Shown here in pieces: positions 40,035-50,743 of a stretch of 64,000 nt of DNA. The notes beneath the pieces were generated by a model. The model was not told where the DNA came from. It was given only the letters and a program-made list of their open reading frames with translations, and did no database searches. The DNA comes from Desulfatiglandales bacterium (GTDB lineage Bacteria; Desulfobacterota; DSM-4660; Desulfatiglandales; HGW-15): contig CAXXJJ010000001.1 in the NCBI GenBank assembly GCA_963667015.2, forward strand, positions 1,984,001-2,048,000, written 5' to 3'. Made by a program: the position numbers and the translations under genes. Every line of letters begins with the position of its first letter. Within the stretch, counting starts at the first letter, position 1.

Positions 40035-41189
40035 CTAAATAATCTCTCCATCCCAAAGTTGCTCACAAAAATCTTTCCATGGAAGGATCAAAATACCTGA
40101 ATCAAGTCTTTTGGGAAAAGGGTCTCTGGATACTATAATTTTTTTTCTTACTTTATTCTCCTCTTCAAAAAGGTGTATCCCTTTTGTTCGTGTATTTCCT
40201 GCGTTTTCAGAAGACTTTATTTCAAGTGCAACTTCCGCCTCACCAAGAATTAAATCCACTTCTGATCCGCTGGCAGTTCGCCAGTATGATAATGGAAAAT
40301 CCTTTTGACTGTAATGCCGGTAAGCCCAGCATTCCTGGAGAATAAAATGTTCAAAGAATCTTCCAAATTCATGTGTGCCCGGAGTCAGAGATTTAATTCC
40401 AAGAAGTGAGACAACTATCCCCGTATCAAAGAAGAAAAACTTGGAAGTCTCAATCATTCTTCTTTTTTTTGATTTATTCCATGGCGGCAGTTGCCTGCCT
40501 ATGAGAGTGTCTTCCAGTATTTGATAATATTCACGGATTGTTTTAACCGCCACACCGGCATCTCTTGCAGCATTGGAATAGTTAAGCAGCATCCCATTTG
40601 TTATGGCTGCAGATTTTAAAAAGCGGGAAAATGCCGGAAGATTTCTGGTTAAAGCTTCTGCCTGAATCTCTTCCTTTAAATAATCGCCTGCGTATGCCTT
40701 AAGATCCATTTCACTGTGATCAGATAAAAAATGCGACGGCAAAAACCCCGATAACAGCGCTTTATTAAGATCAAATTCTCCAATCTCCCGTGTGACCAGA
40801 GGAAACAGTTCAAACCGCCATGCTCTGCCTCCAAGAAGATTAACGTTTTCTCTGCGTAATTTCCTTGCGCTGGAGCCTGACATAATAAAGCTATATCCCT
40901 GGTTTTCTATAAGCCAGTGAATTTCATCCATTAATGAAGGTATTTTCTGAACCTCGTCTATAATAACAAGCTTTGATTCCTGAGCATTTAATATCTCTCT
41001 CAAACCCTTAGGGGTCTGGTTCAAGGAAAAAAAATAGTCATAATCAAGCAAATCTATCCAGCAGGCATCTGGAAATTGCTGTTTCAAAAGAGTCGTCTTG
41101 CCGGCTTTTCTTGGTCCCCAAAGGAATGCAGACCTGTTTTCAGGCAAGTCAATTTTTTGAATTCGATGTATTAGATTTGGTTTTGTCAT
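40035..41189 (-). CDS. AAA_14 ATPase with DUF4143 domain
   Basis: GPRKAGKTT, IIDEVQK, SGSS, C-terminal YWRT..G.EVDLI...EIK. Confidence 0.9.
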   Translation of the reverse strand: MTKPNLIHRIQKIDLPENRSAFLWGPRKAGKTTLLKQQFPDACWIDLLDYDYFFSLNQTPKGLREILNAQESKLVIIDEVQKIPSLMDEIHWLIENQGYSFIMSGSSARKLRRENVNLLGGRAWRFELFPLVTREIGEFDLNKALLSGFLPSHFLSDHSEMDLKAYAGDYLKEEIQAEALTRNLPAFSRFLKSAAITNGMLLNYSNAARDAGVAVKTIREYYQILEDTLIGRQLPPWNKSKKRRMIETSKFFFFDTGIVVSLLGIKSLTPGTHEFGRFFEHFILQECWAYRHYSQKDFPLSYWRTASGSEVDLILGEAEVALEIKSSENAGNTRTKGIHLFEEENKVRKKIIVSRDPFPKRLDSGILILPWKDFCEQLWDGEII

Positions 41190-41196
41190 GTGGAAC

Positions 41197-41225
41197 ACTA
41201 TATGATAATAGTGCGATTTGGTCAA
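41197..41225 (-). promoter_or_regulatory. sigma70 promoter, probably producing a leaderless mRNA
   Basis: TTGACC-17 bp-TATAGT-7 nt-ATG(41189), no SD sequence. Confidence 0.6.
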
Positions 41226-41744
41226 ATAATTTGTGATAATTTGACTATAATATAAATTATATCATTTGATAAGTTTTGTAGAAATAATGAAAAGACAGGA
41301 TTTAAGGATTCAAGGGGCCGAGGATTTCCCTAAAACTGCTCGGGATTTAAAACGAGTGAAAAGGCAAATTCAAAATTCAATATTTCCGGCTTCGTTTTTT
41401 GCTAAGCCGTGCGAGGGCAGTCAGGGGGAAAGCGGGATGATGCATTTCTATGATTCGTAATTATTTCAACCGATATGTTTCAGCGCCGCCGGATTGGATG
41501 GATTTCCAAAGTCCTGATACCGGATATCAATATTATTGGCTTTTACCTTTCCTTCTGTCATTTTGCCCTCCTTTTGCGAAATATTTCATTAAAATATCTT
41601 TTAAATAACACATTAACTTCATTGATGAAATACTCTTCACGCCAGAACAGGTCTTTTGTTTTTATTTTTATTTTGATTAAATGGATAAGGCTGGTGTCTA
41701 TAAATTTAATAGTTTTAACTGACAGTAAGTAAAGGAGGCACATT

Positions 41745-42437
41745 ATGATTAACAGGCATCAAAGCGAAATGAAAAGATACAATTGCGGTTTCAGGGCAGG
41801 CCGGATTGCTTTATATTTAACACTGGTGCTGGCAGTGGTTGTCCTGAACGGCTGCCACTCCGAATCCGACAACGACCCGTTACCGAGATACCATACGGAA
41901 ATCATAAGCGATGTGGACTATGATGGTGACATCGGGCTTGATTTTGATGATACCTACAGCGTCACTTCAGCCGCAGACACAGGCAGTGTTCTGGCCGGGG
42001 TCGATCCGGTATCAGGTGAAGAATTCCGCGGTTTTCTTGATTTTCCTCTCGGAGGCGTGGACGGTGTTCCATCGGATGCTATCATTGAATCGGCGACCCT
42101 GGAGATCTATATCATCGGGACAAGCGATTCATCACCCGACGAAATTTTTCCATTCCTCATTGATCTGGTCGATTTTCAGCCGCCATATCTTATTGAAAGC
42201 GATTTCAACCGGGTAAGCCAGCCCCCGCTGCTCACATTGCCCGTCGATTTTTACCCTTCGGATGTCGGCAGTTACGTGGTTATCGATGTGACAGCGCTGA
42301 TGAGTGAAGCACAGACTCAGAGGCTGCCTGATCTGCAGTTGAGGTTTCTGTTAGATTTTACAGCAGATTCAGGCCTCATCGAAATTGATGACACTGATAT
42401 TGATACTGCGCCGCTGTTGAAAGTGACTTACTACTGA
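41745..42437 (+). CDS. Hypothetical acidic lipoprotein
   Basis: AGGAGG RBS; lipobox LNGC. Confidence 0.75.
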   Translation: MINRHQSEMKRYNCGFRAGRIALYLTLVLAVVVLNGCHSESDNDPLPRYHTEIISDVDYDGDIGLDFDDTYSVTSAADTGSVLAGVDPVSGEEFRGFLDFPLGGVDGVPSDAIIESATLEIYIIGTSDSSPDEIFPFLIDLVDFQPPYLIESDFNRVSQPPLLTLPVDFYPSDVGSYVVIDVTALMSEAQTQRLPDLQLRFLLDFTADSGLIEIDDTDIDTAPLLKVTYY

Positions 42438-42574
42438 TACCTGTAAAGGGGGCAGGAGAGATCGTATTTAAACAGAAAATCTTTCCTGTTACCGGGCAAT
42501 CATTTCCTTATAAAAACACCTTGAGAGGATATCACTATCGGTTAACTTATTGTATTTATAGCATTTGTTATTAT

Positions 42575-42590
42575 CGGCACGCTGTTTGCT
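42575..42590 (+). promoter_or_regulatory. sigma54 promoter
   Basis: CGGCAC-GCTGT-TTGCT. Confidence 0.7.
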
Positions 42591-42642
42591 AAAAGCAGAC
42601 GTAAGGGGTGAAATCTATAATAAAGATTAAGGAGATATTGTT

Positions 42643-43200
42643 ATGTGTATCTCAGGTTTCCATTTGCCCCTGAATACTCTTACCAGTGGTTTATCACAGG
42701 AAAGACCGTCACGTCCCGGCAGTCCGCCATCTGTTAAAAAGACAAAATCCTTCAGTCTTCAGATTACTGATGAGAGCATGAAGGTTTCCCAAAACCAGAC
42801 CGGTACTATGTCTGCTGAGCTGCCATATTTCGCTAATATAATGTATTACAATGAATTTCCCCTGGAATCCTTGTCCTTACCGGGATGGTCAAACAAATGG
42901 TTTTCTAAACTCAATGTAATGGCCCTGGATAAAGGGATGGAAAATATGGACTATCAGCAGAGGCAGTATGATGTGCTAAGTGCAAAAAAGAAGGATGAAC
43001 TTAACGAATACACTTTTGCTGTTCTGACCTGCATCACTGAAAGTCTGATAAAACATGGAATAAAAGACAGTGCAGATTATGCCAAGTTAATGCAGGATGA
43101 TGAAATGAGCGAAGAGGTTCATCAGGCGGTTACAAACTGCCTGGCTGATAATCCCCGAATTATGGAATTGATGCACTCTTTTGGCTTAACACTATTTTAA
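42643..43200 (+). CDS. Hypothetical protein (sigma54-driven)
   Basis: 185-aa ORF with GGAG RBS downstream of a -24/-12 promoter. Confidence 0.7.
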   Translation: MCISGFHLPLNTLTSGLSQERPSRPGSPPSVKKTKSFSLQITDESMKVSQNQTGTMSAELPYFANIMYYNEFPLESLSLPGWSNKWFSKLNVMALDKGMENMDYQQRQYDVLSAKKKDELNEYTFAVLTCITESLIKHGIKDSADYAKLMQDDEMSEEVHQAVTNCLADNPRIMELMHSFGLTLF

Positions 43201-43331
43201 TGTGTAACTGGAGAGGGAAGGTGATTCAATATTCAGGATTGCTGAAACAGGGTGCAGGGATTCAAGGAGCCGGGAGGGCGAGTAAAAAGCAAGAATTTCT
43301 CCCTTTGGTCGAAATAACAGGAAAAAAGATA

Positions 43332-43811
43332 CTACAGTGTCTGCATGGCAGAATAGGAGCTTTCCAGCCGATCCTTGAGTAAAAGCACCAGTTTTTCCAA
43401 TACCTTTACCCGGATCTCAATATCTTTTTCCAGGAATATTCTTAAATCTTCTGTTGATATGGAAATTACTCTGGATGGCTTTTCACATCTTGCGGTGCAC
43501 ATCAGTACATGCTGTTCTCCAATAAGGGCGCTCCAGCTCCCTAAAAGCCTTCTGGAGGGTTTTTCTCTTGCCTCATAAACAGCTATGATCCCTTTGCGGT
43601 CATTAGCAAGCTGTATATTCCGATAGAGAGAAATGAGACCTTCAGACAGGATATACAGTCTGGTTCCGATATTCCCCTGTTTAAATATCTCATCACCAGG
43701 ATTGTACTCCTCAATTTTTCCCATTTCCGCAATTGACTGTAACTCATTGTCAGTGAGATGGTTGAATAACTCGCATTTTTTAAGGGTTTCAACAATTTTT
43801 TCTAATTCCAT
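43332..43811 (-). CDS. Cyclic nucleotide-binding domain protein
   Basis: LF..L...EL..IA...Y.PG..IFKQG..G..LYIL.EG cNMP fold. Confidence 0.8.
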   Translation of the reverse strand: MELEKIVETLKKCELFNHLTDNELQSIAEMGKIEEYNPGDEIFKQGNIGTRLYILSEGLISLYRNIQLANDRKGIIAVYEAREKPSRRLLGSWSALIGEQHVLMCTARCEKPSRVISISTEDLRIFLEKDIEIRVKVLEKLVLLLKDRLESSYSAMQTL

Positions 43812-44140
43812 GGTTCGCTCCTTTTCCTATGGATTTTTAGAAAAACTATCCTGAGACTAATAATATATGGGCGTTTCGGAAATGCTGTCTGTTATAACCT
43901 AGCCTTAAGATTTTTTATTAATTTCTTCCTGGTTTCTTCATCTTTAACAGACATAATTATACCATTCACGATTTTAAAAGCAAAAGTAATACCTGGAGAA
44001 GTGGAAGCAATAAAACAAATTCAAGGTTCAAGATTGTAAAAACCAGAAATCTGAAGTCGGGAATCGGATGTCAGAATGCTGTAAATATTTATTTCACTCC
44101 AGATCATATCCCTTATTGATGCCTGGACATAGATAATGAA

Positions 44141-44875
44141 TTAATTTATTTTACAAATGAGATCCCGAATTTCGGTTAGCACGGTCACCTGCTGGGGTGT
44201 CCATCCTGCCTCGTGTTGATGCTGATCCTCATCATCGCCCAGACCTGCCGATTTGGAGTGTCGCAGCCGGTTCAGGATTAGGTCTCTTATGGTCCTGGCG
44301 TCGGCGAGCCCTTCAAGCAGGCCCTGGTGTGAGAAGCCGGCCTGAGGACCGTTGGGGCCCTGTGCACCACTGCCGCCTCCGGCAGTGTGGACACGGATAT
44401 CGGAGATGCCGAAAAAGCGCTGGAGAGGACCCTGCCTGATAGTTACATTCTGGATATTTTCAAAGGTGATTGTGATTTCGTTAATAACCCAGATACCTCG
44501 ACGGATCCGCAGGCTTCGTTCTGTCATCACATACCAGGTGGTATCGTATCTGAGGTGAATCGCCAGGTAGGCGATAATGTCGGGCAGAAATGCAACGGCA
44601 AGAACGAGCGGTGTCAGCAGCAGACCCACTGCAGGAGTTGCTATGGTTACAGCAATCCATGGAATGATGATGACCGCATCGAGCAGGATGAGCAGTACCC
44701 AGAATTTGAACTTCAGGTACCGCAGAAAACCGGGGGCAGGGCGAAAGGAATCCATCTTTCCCCCGTCATGAACCGGCAGTGAGGGCGGTTGTTGGGGGAG
44801 TTTGAACCAGCGGGTCAGGATGCCCCAGAATCCTGTATAGAATTTAGCCGCAGCCCTCTCAACTGCCTGACTCAT
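44141..44875 (-). CDS. bPH_2 (YdbS/T-like) domain membrane protein
   Basis: RIRRGIW....TITFENIQNV...QGPLQRFFGI..I.V.TAG. Confidence 0.85.
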   Translation of the reverse strand: MSQAVERAAAKFYTGFWGILTRWFKLPQQPPSLPVHDGGKMDSFRPAPGFLRYLKFKFWVLLILLDAVIIIPWIAVTIATPAVGLLLTPLVLAVAFLPDIIAYLAIHLRYDTTWYVMTERSLRIRRGIWVINEITITFENIQNVTIRQGPLQRFFGISDIRVHTAGGGSGAQGPNGPQAGFSHQGLLEGLADARTIRDLILNRLRHSKSAGLGDDEDQHQHEAGWTPQQVTVLTEIRDLICKIN

Positions 44876-45450
44876 GAGGTACTTCCTTTATCAGTCGCCG
44901 ATTTAACTGTTACCAGATTTTGCAGATGATCCCTGATCTCTACCAGTAATGACAGGACCTGTTCCTCATCTGTGCCCTGATGTCTGGAGTCTGCTTGTCC
45001 TCCGGCCGTTCCCGGTACAGCATCCGCTGGATTGTGATGGGCACCCCGCATTCGGGAGTACAGATGGTCTCTGAGTTTACCTGCCGCCAGTATGCCCTCG
45101 ATACTCATCTCCGGTTTGGCAGAGCCGGAAGCAGTCTGGATTGCAACCGTTGCCAGGCCAAGCCAGCGTTGAATTATATTTCGGGACAGATGTATATCCT
45201 GTATGCGGCGATAGGTGAGATGAATTTCTCTGCGGAAGAGAATGCCCCAGCTCATTGAGATGCCGCTCTCGTCAAAGGAATATTTAAGGGTGTGATATTT
45301 GAAAAATAGCGGTATCAGGGGAAAGATAAAAAAGGGGCCTGCCAGAAAAGAGGTGATGATGTAATATGTGAGCAGCACCGGGGCAGGCCGTGTTATCCTT
45401 GAGACATCAAGGCCTCCCTGATCAATTGTATTTTGTTTCTGTGCTTGCAT
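44872..45450 (-). CDS. bPH_2 domain membrane protein
   Basis: WGILFRRE..L.Y.RIQDI....NIIQRWLGLATV.IQTASG. Confidence 0.85.
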   Translation of the reverse strand: MQAQKQNTIDQGGLDVSRITRPAPVLLTYYIITSFLAGPFFIFPLIPLFFKYHTLKYSFDESGISMSWGILFRREIHLTYRRIQDIHLSRNIIQRWLGLATVAIQTASGSAKPEMSIEGILAAGKLRDHLYSRMRGAHHNPADAVPGTAGGQADSRHQGTDEEQVLSLLVEIRDHLQNLVTVKSATDKGSTS

Positions 45451-45485
45451 GATCAGCCTCCCTGAAAAAGTAAACTTTAATAATG

Positions 45486-45926
45486 TTACTTTTCAGTATG
45501 TTTCAACAGGCGGGAGTAAAAATCAGGGCTGTGCTGTATCCCTGTGGTTCGATCTTCATATGCCTTGCCGCTTTTTTCCGGATCAATAATACAGATAAGA
45601 GGCAGCGGAATCTCGCTCAAACCCCGTGCAGTGCGGTACCATTCTTTGCTTTTATCTGCATCCGAAAACCATAAAACGAAGTTGTCCTCAAGCAGTGCCT
45701 TAACCGGTGGCTTCATGGATTCAAAAACCTGTGTCCGCATATATTTACAGCTTCCACAGCTGTCTCTTCCGACAAAGAGCAGGATCTTCTTTTTTTCGGG
45801 TATGGCCCTGGAAAAGGCCGATTCTGCAGAGGTTGACCATTTCAATTCTCCTGCTAGAGAGTAACTTACCCCTGAAAAAAAGGATATTAACAAAATAAAA
45901 CCTGAAAGCATTTTTGTTTTAAGCAT
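45486..45926 (-). CDS. Secreted thioredoxin-like protein
   Basis: Signal peptide; CGSC motif. Confidence 0.75.
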   Translation of the reverse strand: MLKTKMLSGFILLISFFSGVSYSLAGELKWSTSAESAFSRAIPEKKKILLFVGRDSCGSCKYMRTQVFESMKPPVKALLEDNFVLWFSDADKSKEWYRTARGLSEIPLPLICIIDPEKSGKAYEDRTTGIQHSPDFYSRLLKHTEK

Positions 45927-46009
45927 TTGTTCCCCGGTAAAACGTTATGTGGTCAGCCCTTCATTCCTGACAGGTATAAATATTCCATAAACCTGAATAT
46001 TCTATTTTA

Positions 46010-46525
46010 TTATAAAAGATAAAATTTTATATCCTTGTCTTCTTTTTCATTATCAAAAAATTCGCATCCGATATAATTATTTTTTACTGCCTTTACAATG
46101 ACCTTTTTCTCGACTTTAGTTGAAACTGAGTTATCAAGATTAAATTTAACGAGCAGGATTTCCCCCGGTTTTATAATTCCGCTTGTTGAGCGGCCGGTCA
46201 GAAAGATTCCCAGACCGTTTGGCGAGATATTTATTATCATGCAGCCGGCTATTAATGTGTCCTGCGCGCTTACGTTCAGTATCTTTTCCGGTTTGGAGTT
46301 TTGATCGGCGCATGCCCTGTTTATTACTCCGGTTAAATGAACATTTTTCCTGAATTTAGCTCTTAATTCACGCTGAACAACAAATTTTGCCCCGCACCTG
46401 CATTTGACAATAAAATAAAATTTTTTAGGTAGTTTTTCAACCAATACAGTTTTATTAGTATTACATGAAGGGCATTGAATTTTAACTGATTTATCTTCCG
46501 CTATGTTAATTTTTTGATATTCCAT
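46010..46525 (-). CDS. Zn-ribbon + PilZ domain protein
   Basis: CPSC/CRC, RAKFRK and NISPNG PilZ motifs. Confidence 0.8.
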   Translation of the reverse strand: MEYQKINIAEDKSVKIQCPSCNTNKTVLVEKLPKKFYFIVKCRCGAKFVVQRELRAKFRKNVHLTGVINRACADQNSKPEKILNVSAQDTLIAGCMIINISPNGLGIFLTGRSTSGIIKPGEILLVKFNLDNSVSTKVEKKVIVKAVKNNYIGCEFFDNEKEDKDIKFYLL

Positions 46526-46565
46526 TTTGAACCCATAATTATAATATACTCTGGAAACCTTTTCT

Positions 46566-46970
46566 TTATCGAACCCCCAGTATCTGATAACCATGCTCTT
46601 TAAAATATTTACATGCAGTCATTATCTTTGATTTGCTATCTCCAATATTCGCGGCAATATGCTCAATCTTGGAGTACTCTCCCTTATCCAGCCAGATTCC
46701 TCCGCATCCCGGGCATCTGTCCACAAGAAGGTCGTTTGATTGAACAAATTTCATTGTTTCTAAACTATCACCGCAGCGCGGACAAGCGTACTCCGTTTTT
46801 TTGGCCTCTTTCTTCACTTCTTCAATTTGAGGCATATCAACGGGCAACTCCATCGTAAAGGCTATTTCATCCTTATCAAACCATATCCCCTTGCAGGCCG
46901 AACAAAAGTCCACCTCTACTCCCTCAATCTTCATTTCGTGAGTCACGCCTTTACATTTTGGGCAGTTCAT
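46566..46970 (-). CDS. zf-TFIIB repeat protein
   Basis: Two CPxC...D.CxxC.GIW.D..E repeats. Confidence 0.88.
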   Translation of the reverse strand: MNCPKCKGVTHEMKIEGVEVDFCSACKGIWFDKDEIAFTMELPVDMPQIEEVKKEAKKTEYACPRCGDSLETMKFVQSNDLLVDRCPGCGGIWLDKGEYSKIEHIAANIGDSKSKIMTACKYFKEHGYQILGVR

Positions 46971-47224
46971 AAAACACCTCCTTACAGTGTCTGGTACTGA
47001 CTAAAAAAGAAATGGTTAAATGTATAAGACTTCCTGTTTCAGGTGAGTGTATCCAAAGATATTTTTACGTCTGTAAACAATGTTAGTCAAGGAATATTGA
47101 TTATTTGGGATTTAATATGCTTCAGGCTCTCTGCAGGCTGACCGCAATTATCCATTTTTTTATGGAAACACAACGGAATATAATGATAGGTTGAATAAAC
47201 AGCAGATAGATCAAGAGGAAAGAT

Positions 47225-48646
47225 ATGCCAGAAGAGGCCTCGAAAAAACCAGATAGCATTAAATCATCAAAATGGCTGATCTTAGGAGCGGTGATGCTGG
47301 GTGTCATCATGGGTCCGATCGATGCGAGTATCGTTAATGTTGTGCTGCCTTCTATTGCCGTTGATTTTCAGGTGGACTATGCCCTGGCACAATGGGTTCC
47401 TACCATATACCTGCTGGCGATCTGTTCCTTTATCCTGTTTTACGGCCGATTGGGAGACATCTATGGTTATAAAAAGGTCTTTCTTACCGGCTTAATCTGT
47501 TTCGGCATTTCATCTCTGCTCTGTGGATTTTCACATAATATCTGGATGTTGATTTTATTCAGGGCATTACAGGGATTAACGATAGCCATGCAGATGGCAC
47601 TGGGTATGGCGATCGTCACAGCTGCCTTTCCACCAAAGGAAAGAGGTAAAGCAATAGGCATATACGCAAGCGGTATCGCGGTCGGGTTGATGCTTGGGCC
47701 GGTTCTGGGAGGCGTGATTGCCCATTTTTTAAGCTGGCGATTTGTGTTTTTTATCAATGTACCAATCGCCTTTTTCGCAACTATACTGGGATATCGTGTC
47801 ATTCCCGCAGGGAAAAGGAATCCGGAACAGCGTCTGGATATCGCAGGCGCTTTGTCGGCGTTTATCTTCCTCTTCAGCATGATGCTCTATGCCAACCGGG
47901 CAAAAAACTGGGGCTGGTTTTCAGAGACAGGTATCACCATTCTGGTGATTATAATCGTATTTGGATGCTTATTCTTCAGGACTGAACTGAAATCCGCCCA
48001 TCCCATGTTGAACCTCTCCATCTTTAAAAGCCAGCGGTTCAGTTTCGCCTGTTTGAGTTCTTTATTAAATTTTGTGGCTTTATACAGCATCACATTTCTG
48101 ACACCCTGGTTTTTAGCAGACGCCCTGGCGTACGATGCCTTCAGGATCGGAACTGCCATGATGGCATTCGCCGTTGTGACATTCTTTATGGGGCCCATAA
48201 GCGGGGCACTTTCCGACCGGATCGGATCAAGGGGCCTTGGATTTACAGGGATGATCATTCTCAGTACAGGTTTGTTTATGTTTAGCAGATTGACTGCTGA
48301 AGCCAAAACGATTGACATTGTCTGGCGGCTGGCAGTCTGCGGGCTGGGAGGAGGTCTATTCCAGAGTCCTATGAACAGTGCGGCCATGGGCAGTGTTCCT
48401 GATCAGTTTAGGGGTGTTGCTTCCAGTATCCTGGCAATGATGCGCAATGTAGGTATGGTGTTTGGGATAGCTGTATCAGGTACGATTGTATACAATGTAG
48501 CTCCCTTCACCACTCAGGGGCACACCGGATTATTCACACCGGACCAGCTGGGGATTTTTCTTAGTGGTCTCAAATGGGCATTTATGGCATCATCCGGAGT
48601 CGCCATCCTTTCAGCTGTAACGGCATTGTTCGCTAAAGCTGAATAG
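47225..48646 (+). CDS. MFS drug:H+ antiporter (DHA2, EmrB/QacA-like)
   Basis: D.SIVNVVLP, GRLGDIYG.KK motif A, 14-TM pattern. Confidence 0.92.
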   Translation: MPEEASKKPDSIKSSKWLILGAVMLGVIMGPIDASIVNVVLPSIAVDFQVDYALAQWVPTIYLLAICSFILFYGRLGDIYGYKKVFLTGLICFGISSLLCGFSHNIWMLILFRALQGLTIAMQMALGMAIVTAAFPPKERGKAIGIYASGIAVGLMLGPVLGGVIAHFLSWRFVFFINVPIAFFATILGYRVIPAGKRNPEQRLDIAGALSAFIFLFSMMLYANRAKNWGWFSETGITILVIIIVFGCLFFRTELKSAHPMLNLSIFKSQRFSFACLSSLLNFVALYSITFLTPWFLADALAYDAFRIGTAMMAFAVVTFFMGPISGALSDRIGSRGLGFTGMIILSTGLFMFSRLTAEAKTIDIVWRLAVCGLGGGLFQSPMNSAAMGSVPDQFRGVASSILAMMRNVGMVFGIAVSGTIVYNVAPFTTQGHTGLFTPDQLGIFLSGLKWAFMASSGVAILSAVTALFAKAE

Positions 48647-48720
48647 AAAAGACAGGCTGTCAGGATTTTTTGTATTTCCTTCAGCCCTCAGCCTAAAATG
48701 CTTCAGCCTTCTTATACATC

Positions 48721-48749
48721 TTGACACACAATTATCTCCTCCATATACT
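48721..48749 (+). promoter_or_regulatory. sigma70 promoter
   Basis: TTGACA-17 bp-TATACT. Confidence 0.75.
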
Positions 48750-48809
48750 CAGCTTCTGAAAGGGTAGTTTTTATCAGCGAACTATATACTTATGAAATGG
48801 AGGTACAAA

Positions 48810-50510
48810 TTGACCAAAAAGTTATGTTCCATAATTTTAATTATTTTTTTCATTGCTGCCTGCTCAAATGAGCAGGTTTCTGAAAAAAAACAGGAGGTGA
48901 CGCAAGCTCCTCAAGCTCCTTCTGAAAAAAAAATCAAGGTATTGAATCCGACACCACCCAACAGGAAGGTCGATCGTATACCACTAATCCCCAGGCTCAA
49001 GACACTGGAAGGCAAGACAATATTTTTGGTGGATATCGGCTGGGGCGGTAAAGATGCGGCTCCCAGTATTTACAAAGAAATAAAAGACTGGTTTGCCCAG
49101 AATATTCCCAGTGTAAAAATAGAGGTTAGAGGAGTTAAAGGTTTTTACACACAGGAACAGCCGGAACTCCTTAAGGAAATATCCGAAAAGGGAGATGCGG
49201 CCATGTTCGGGATAGCCGGTTGAGACAGCTGTATTTCGGCCGTGAGCCGAAACTGTAGAGACCTGGAACAGCAGTACGGTATCCCCGCTATAGGGGGCTC
49301 TGCTTCAAATATCGTAGATTATGGACTGGGTTACAATCTGGACTTTAACAACGGATCGCCCATAAGGTATTTAGGCTTTCCTTTTCCTGTTGCCGGGCAG
49401 CCCCAGGAAATCCACCATAAATATATCTTTGAGGGCAATGACACTGTAAGCGGAAAACCCATGATGCAGGCATTCATCGACGCATTGACCTCCCCCCTTA
49501 CTGATGATGAAAAATATAAAGGCCCAGCTTTTGATCAACCGGAACCAATACTCTCTTTCGGGCCGGACACCGAAGAAAACCTTCAGCAGCTTTTCAGGGA
49601 CAATGACTGGACAGATTATCTTCCTATTATTCTTCCTACCGAAGAACGTGTAGCAAAAATGCTGGAAGGTACAAGCCACGACCGCAAAGAAATCATAAAG
49701 GTGCTGGACTGGCCCGGAGGCCGAAGGGAGGTTACTGTTGAAAGGGTAGCAATATGCGCTGTTATGTCAGGCGCCAAGCCCGAACATCTTCCGGTGATAC
49801 TGGCACTTGCCAACCATATACCCTTTGGAAACTCAACGTCTTCCATGGCAAACATGATCCTGGTTAACGGGCCCATACGCGATGAAATAGGCATGAACTA
49901 TGGTCACAATGTCATGGGGCCCCATAATCTGGCCAATTCGGTTATCGGCCGCAGTTACACAATCATGTCGAAAACCATCGGCGGTCTCCACAGCAAAAAA
50001 ACAACCTGGAGCACCCTGGGAAGCACCATGCAGTATAACAATGTGTGCATAGCCGAAAACGAGGAGGCAATGCCCGAAGGATGGAAGCCTTATCATGTGC
50101 AGGCAGGATTCAAACCCAATGACAATGTTTTAACCGTGGCGACCGGCTGGTCATATATCTCATGTGTAACAGAAGCCCAGAGGGGGTATTCTGTTTATGA
50201 GTGGATGGGCGACCTGATGAAGGCCCTTACAATGGGCCGAGCCACAGTCATTATGGATCCGACTGTTGCCGAGCTTCTCAAGGATACATATGGTTTTAAG
50301 ACCAAAGAGCAGCTGATTAAATGGTTTGCGGAAAATGTTGAAAAAACCATGCCGGCTACCGGACAGAAGGCAAAACCCTTCAGTGAATCCTCTGTAAATA
50401 TTATTGTTACAGGTGGCGGTGGTCAGACAACATGGTTTGTTACGGATTTCATGATGAATCGGGGTATGGTTTCCATGGGAGGAAGTACAAACATCGACGA
50501 ATGGAGGTAG
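48810..50510 (+). CDS. Lipoprotein selenoprotein (UGSC-like family; U-D-S-C redox motif), UGA at 49221-49223 recoded as Sec
   Basis: ORFs 48792-49223 and 49242-50510 are in one frame, separated only by TGA; reads GIAG-U-DSC; SECIS-like hairpin follows; TTG start after GGAGG; lipobox IAAC; C-terminal WTDYLPIILPTEERV..ML domain. Confidence 0.85.
49225..49256 (+). promoter_or_regulatory. Bacterial SECIS-like stem-loop
   Basis: TTTCGGC-CGTGA-GCCGAAA perfect 7-bp stem (49234-49252) with a G-containing loop, starting 11 nt after the UGA; ACAG/CTGT can form a lower stem. Confidence 0.7.
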
Positions 50511-50567
50511 GAAAGCAGGCTATCAGGCTGTAGGCTGAAGGCTGTTAGTAAAAACTCTATATAATTA

Positions 50568-50605
50568 CAAAACCCCGCTTCTGTGAAAATGGAAGCGGGG
50601 TTTTG
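50568..50605. terminator. Rho-independent terminator
   Basis: caaaaccccgcttc...gaagcggggttttg; a similar hairpin lies at 54782-54819. Confidence 0.75.
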
Positions 50606-50743
50606 TGTTTTTACGAATTATTGTTAATTGCTTTCCCTGACAGCCTTCCCTGGCCCGGCATAGCCCTGGGCGACGACGGCAGCCTTTACCCCGTTAAATC
50701 CGCATAGCGGGCTGCAAAGCAGCATTTAACAGGGTGAACCGCT

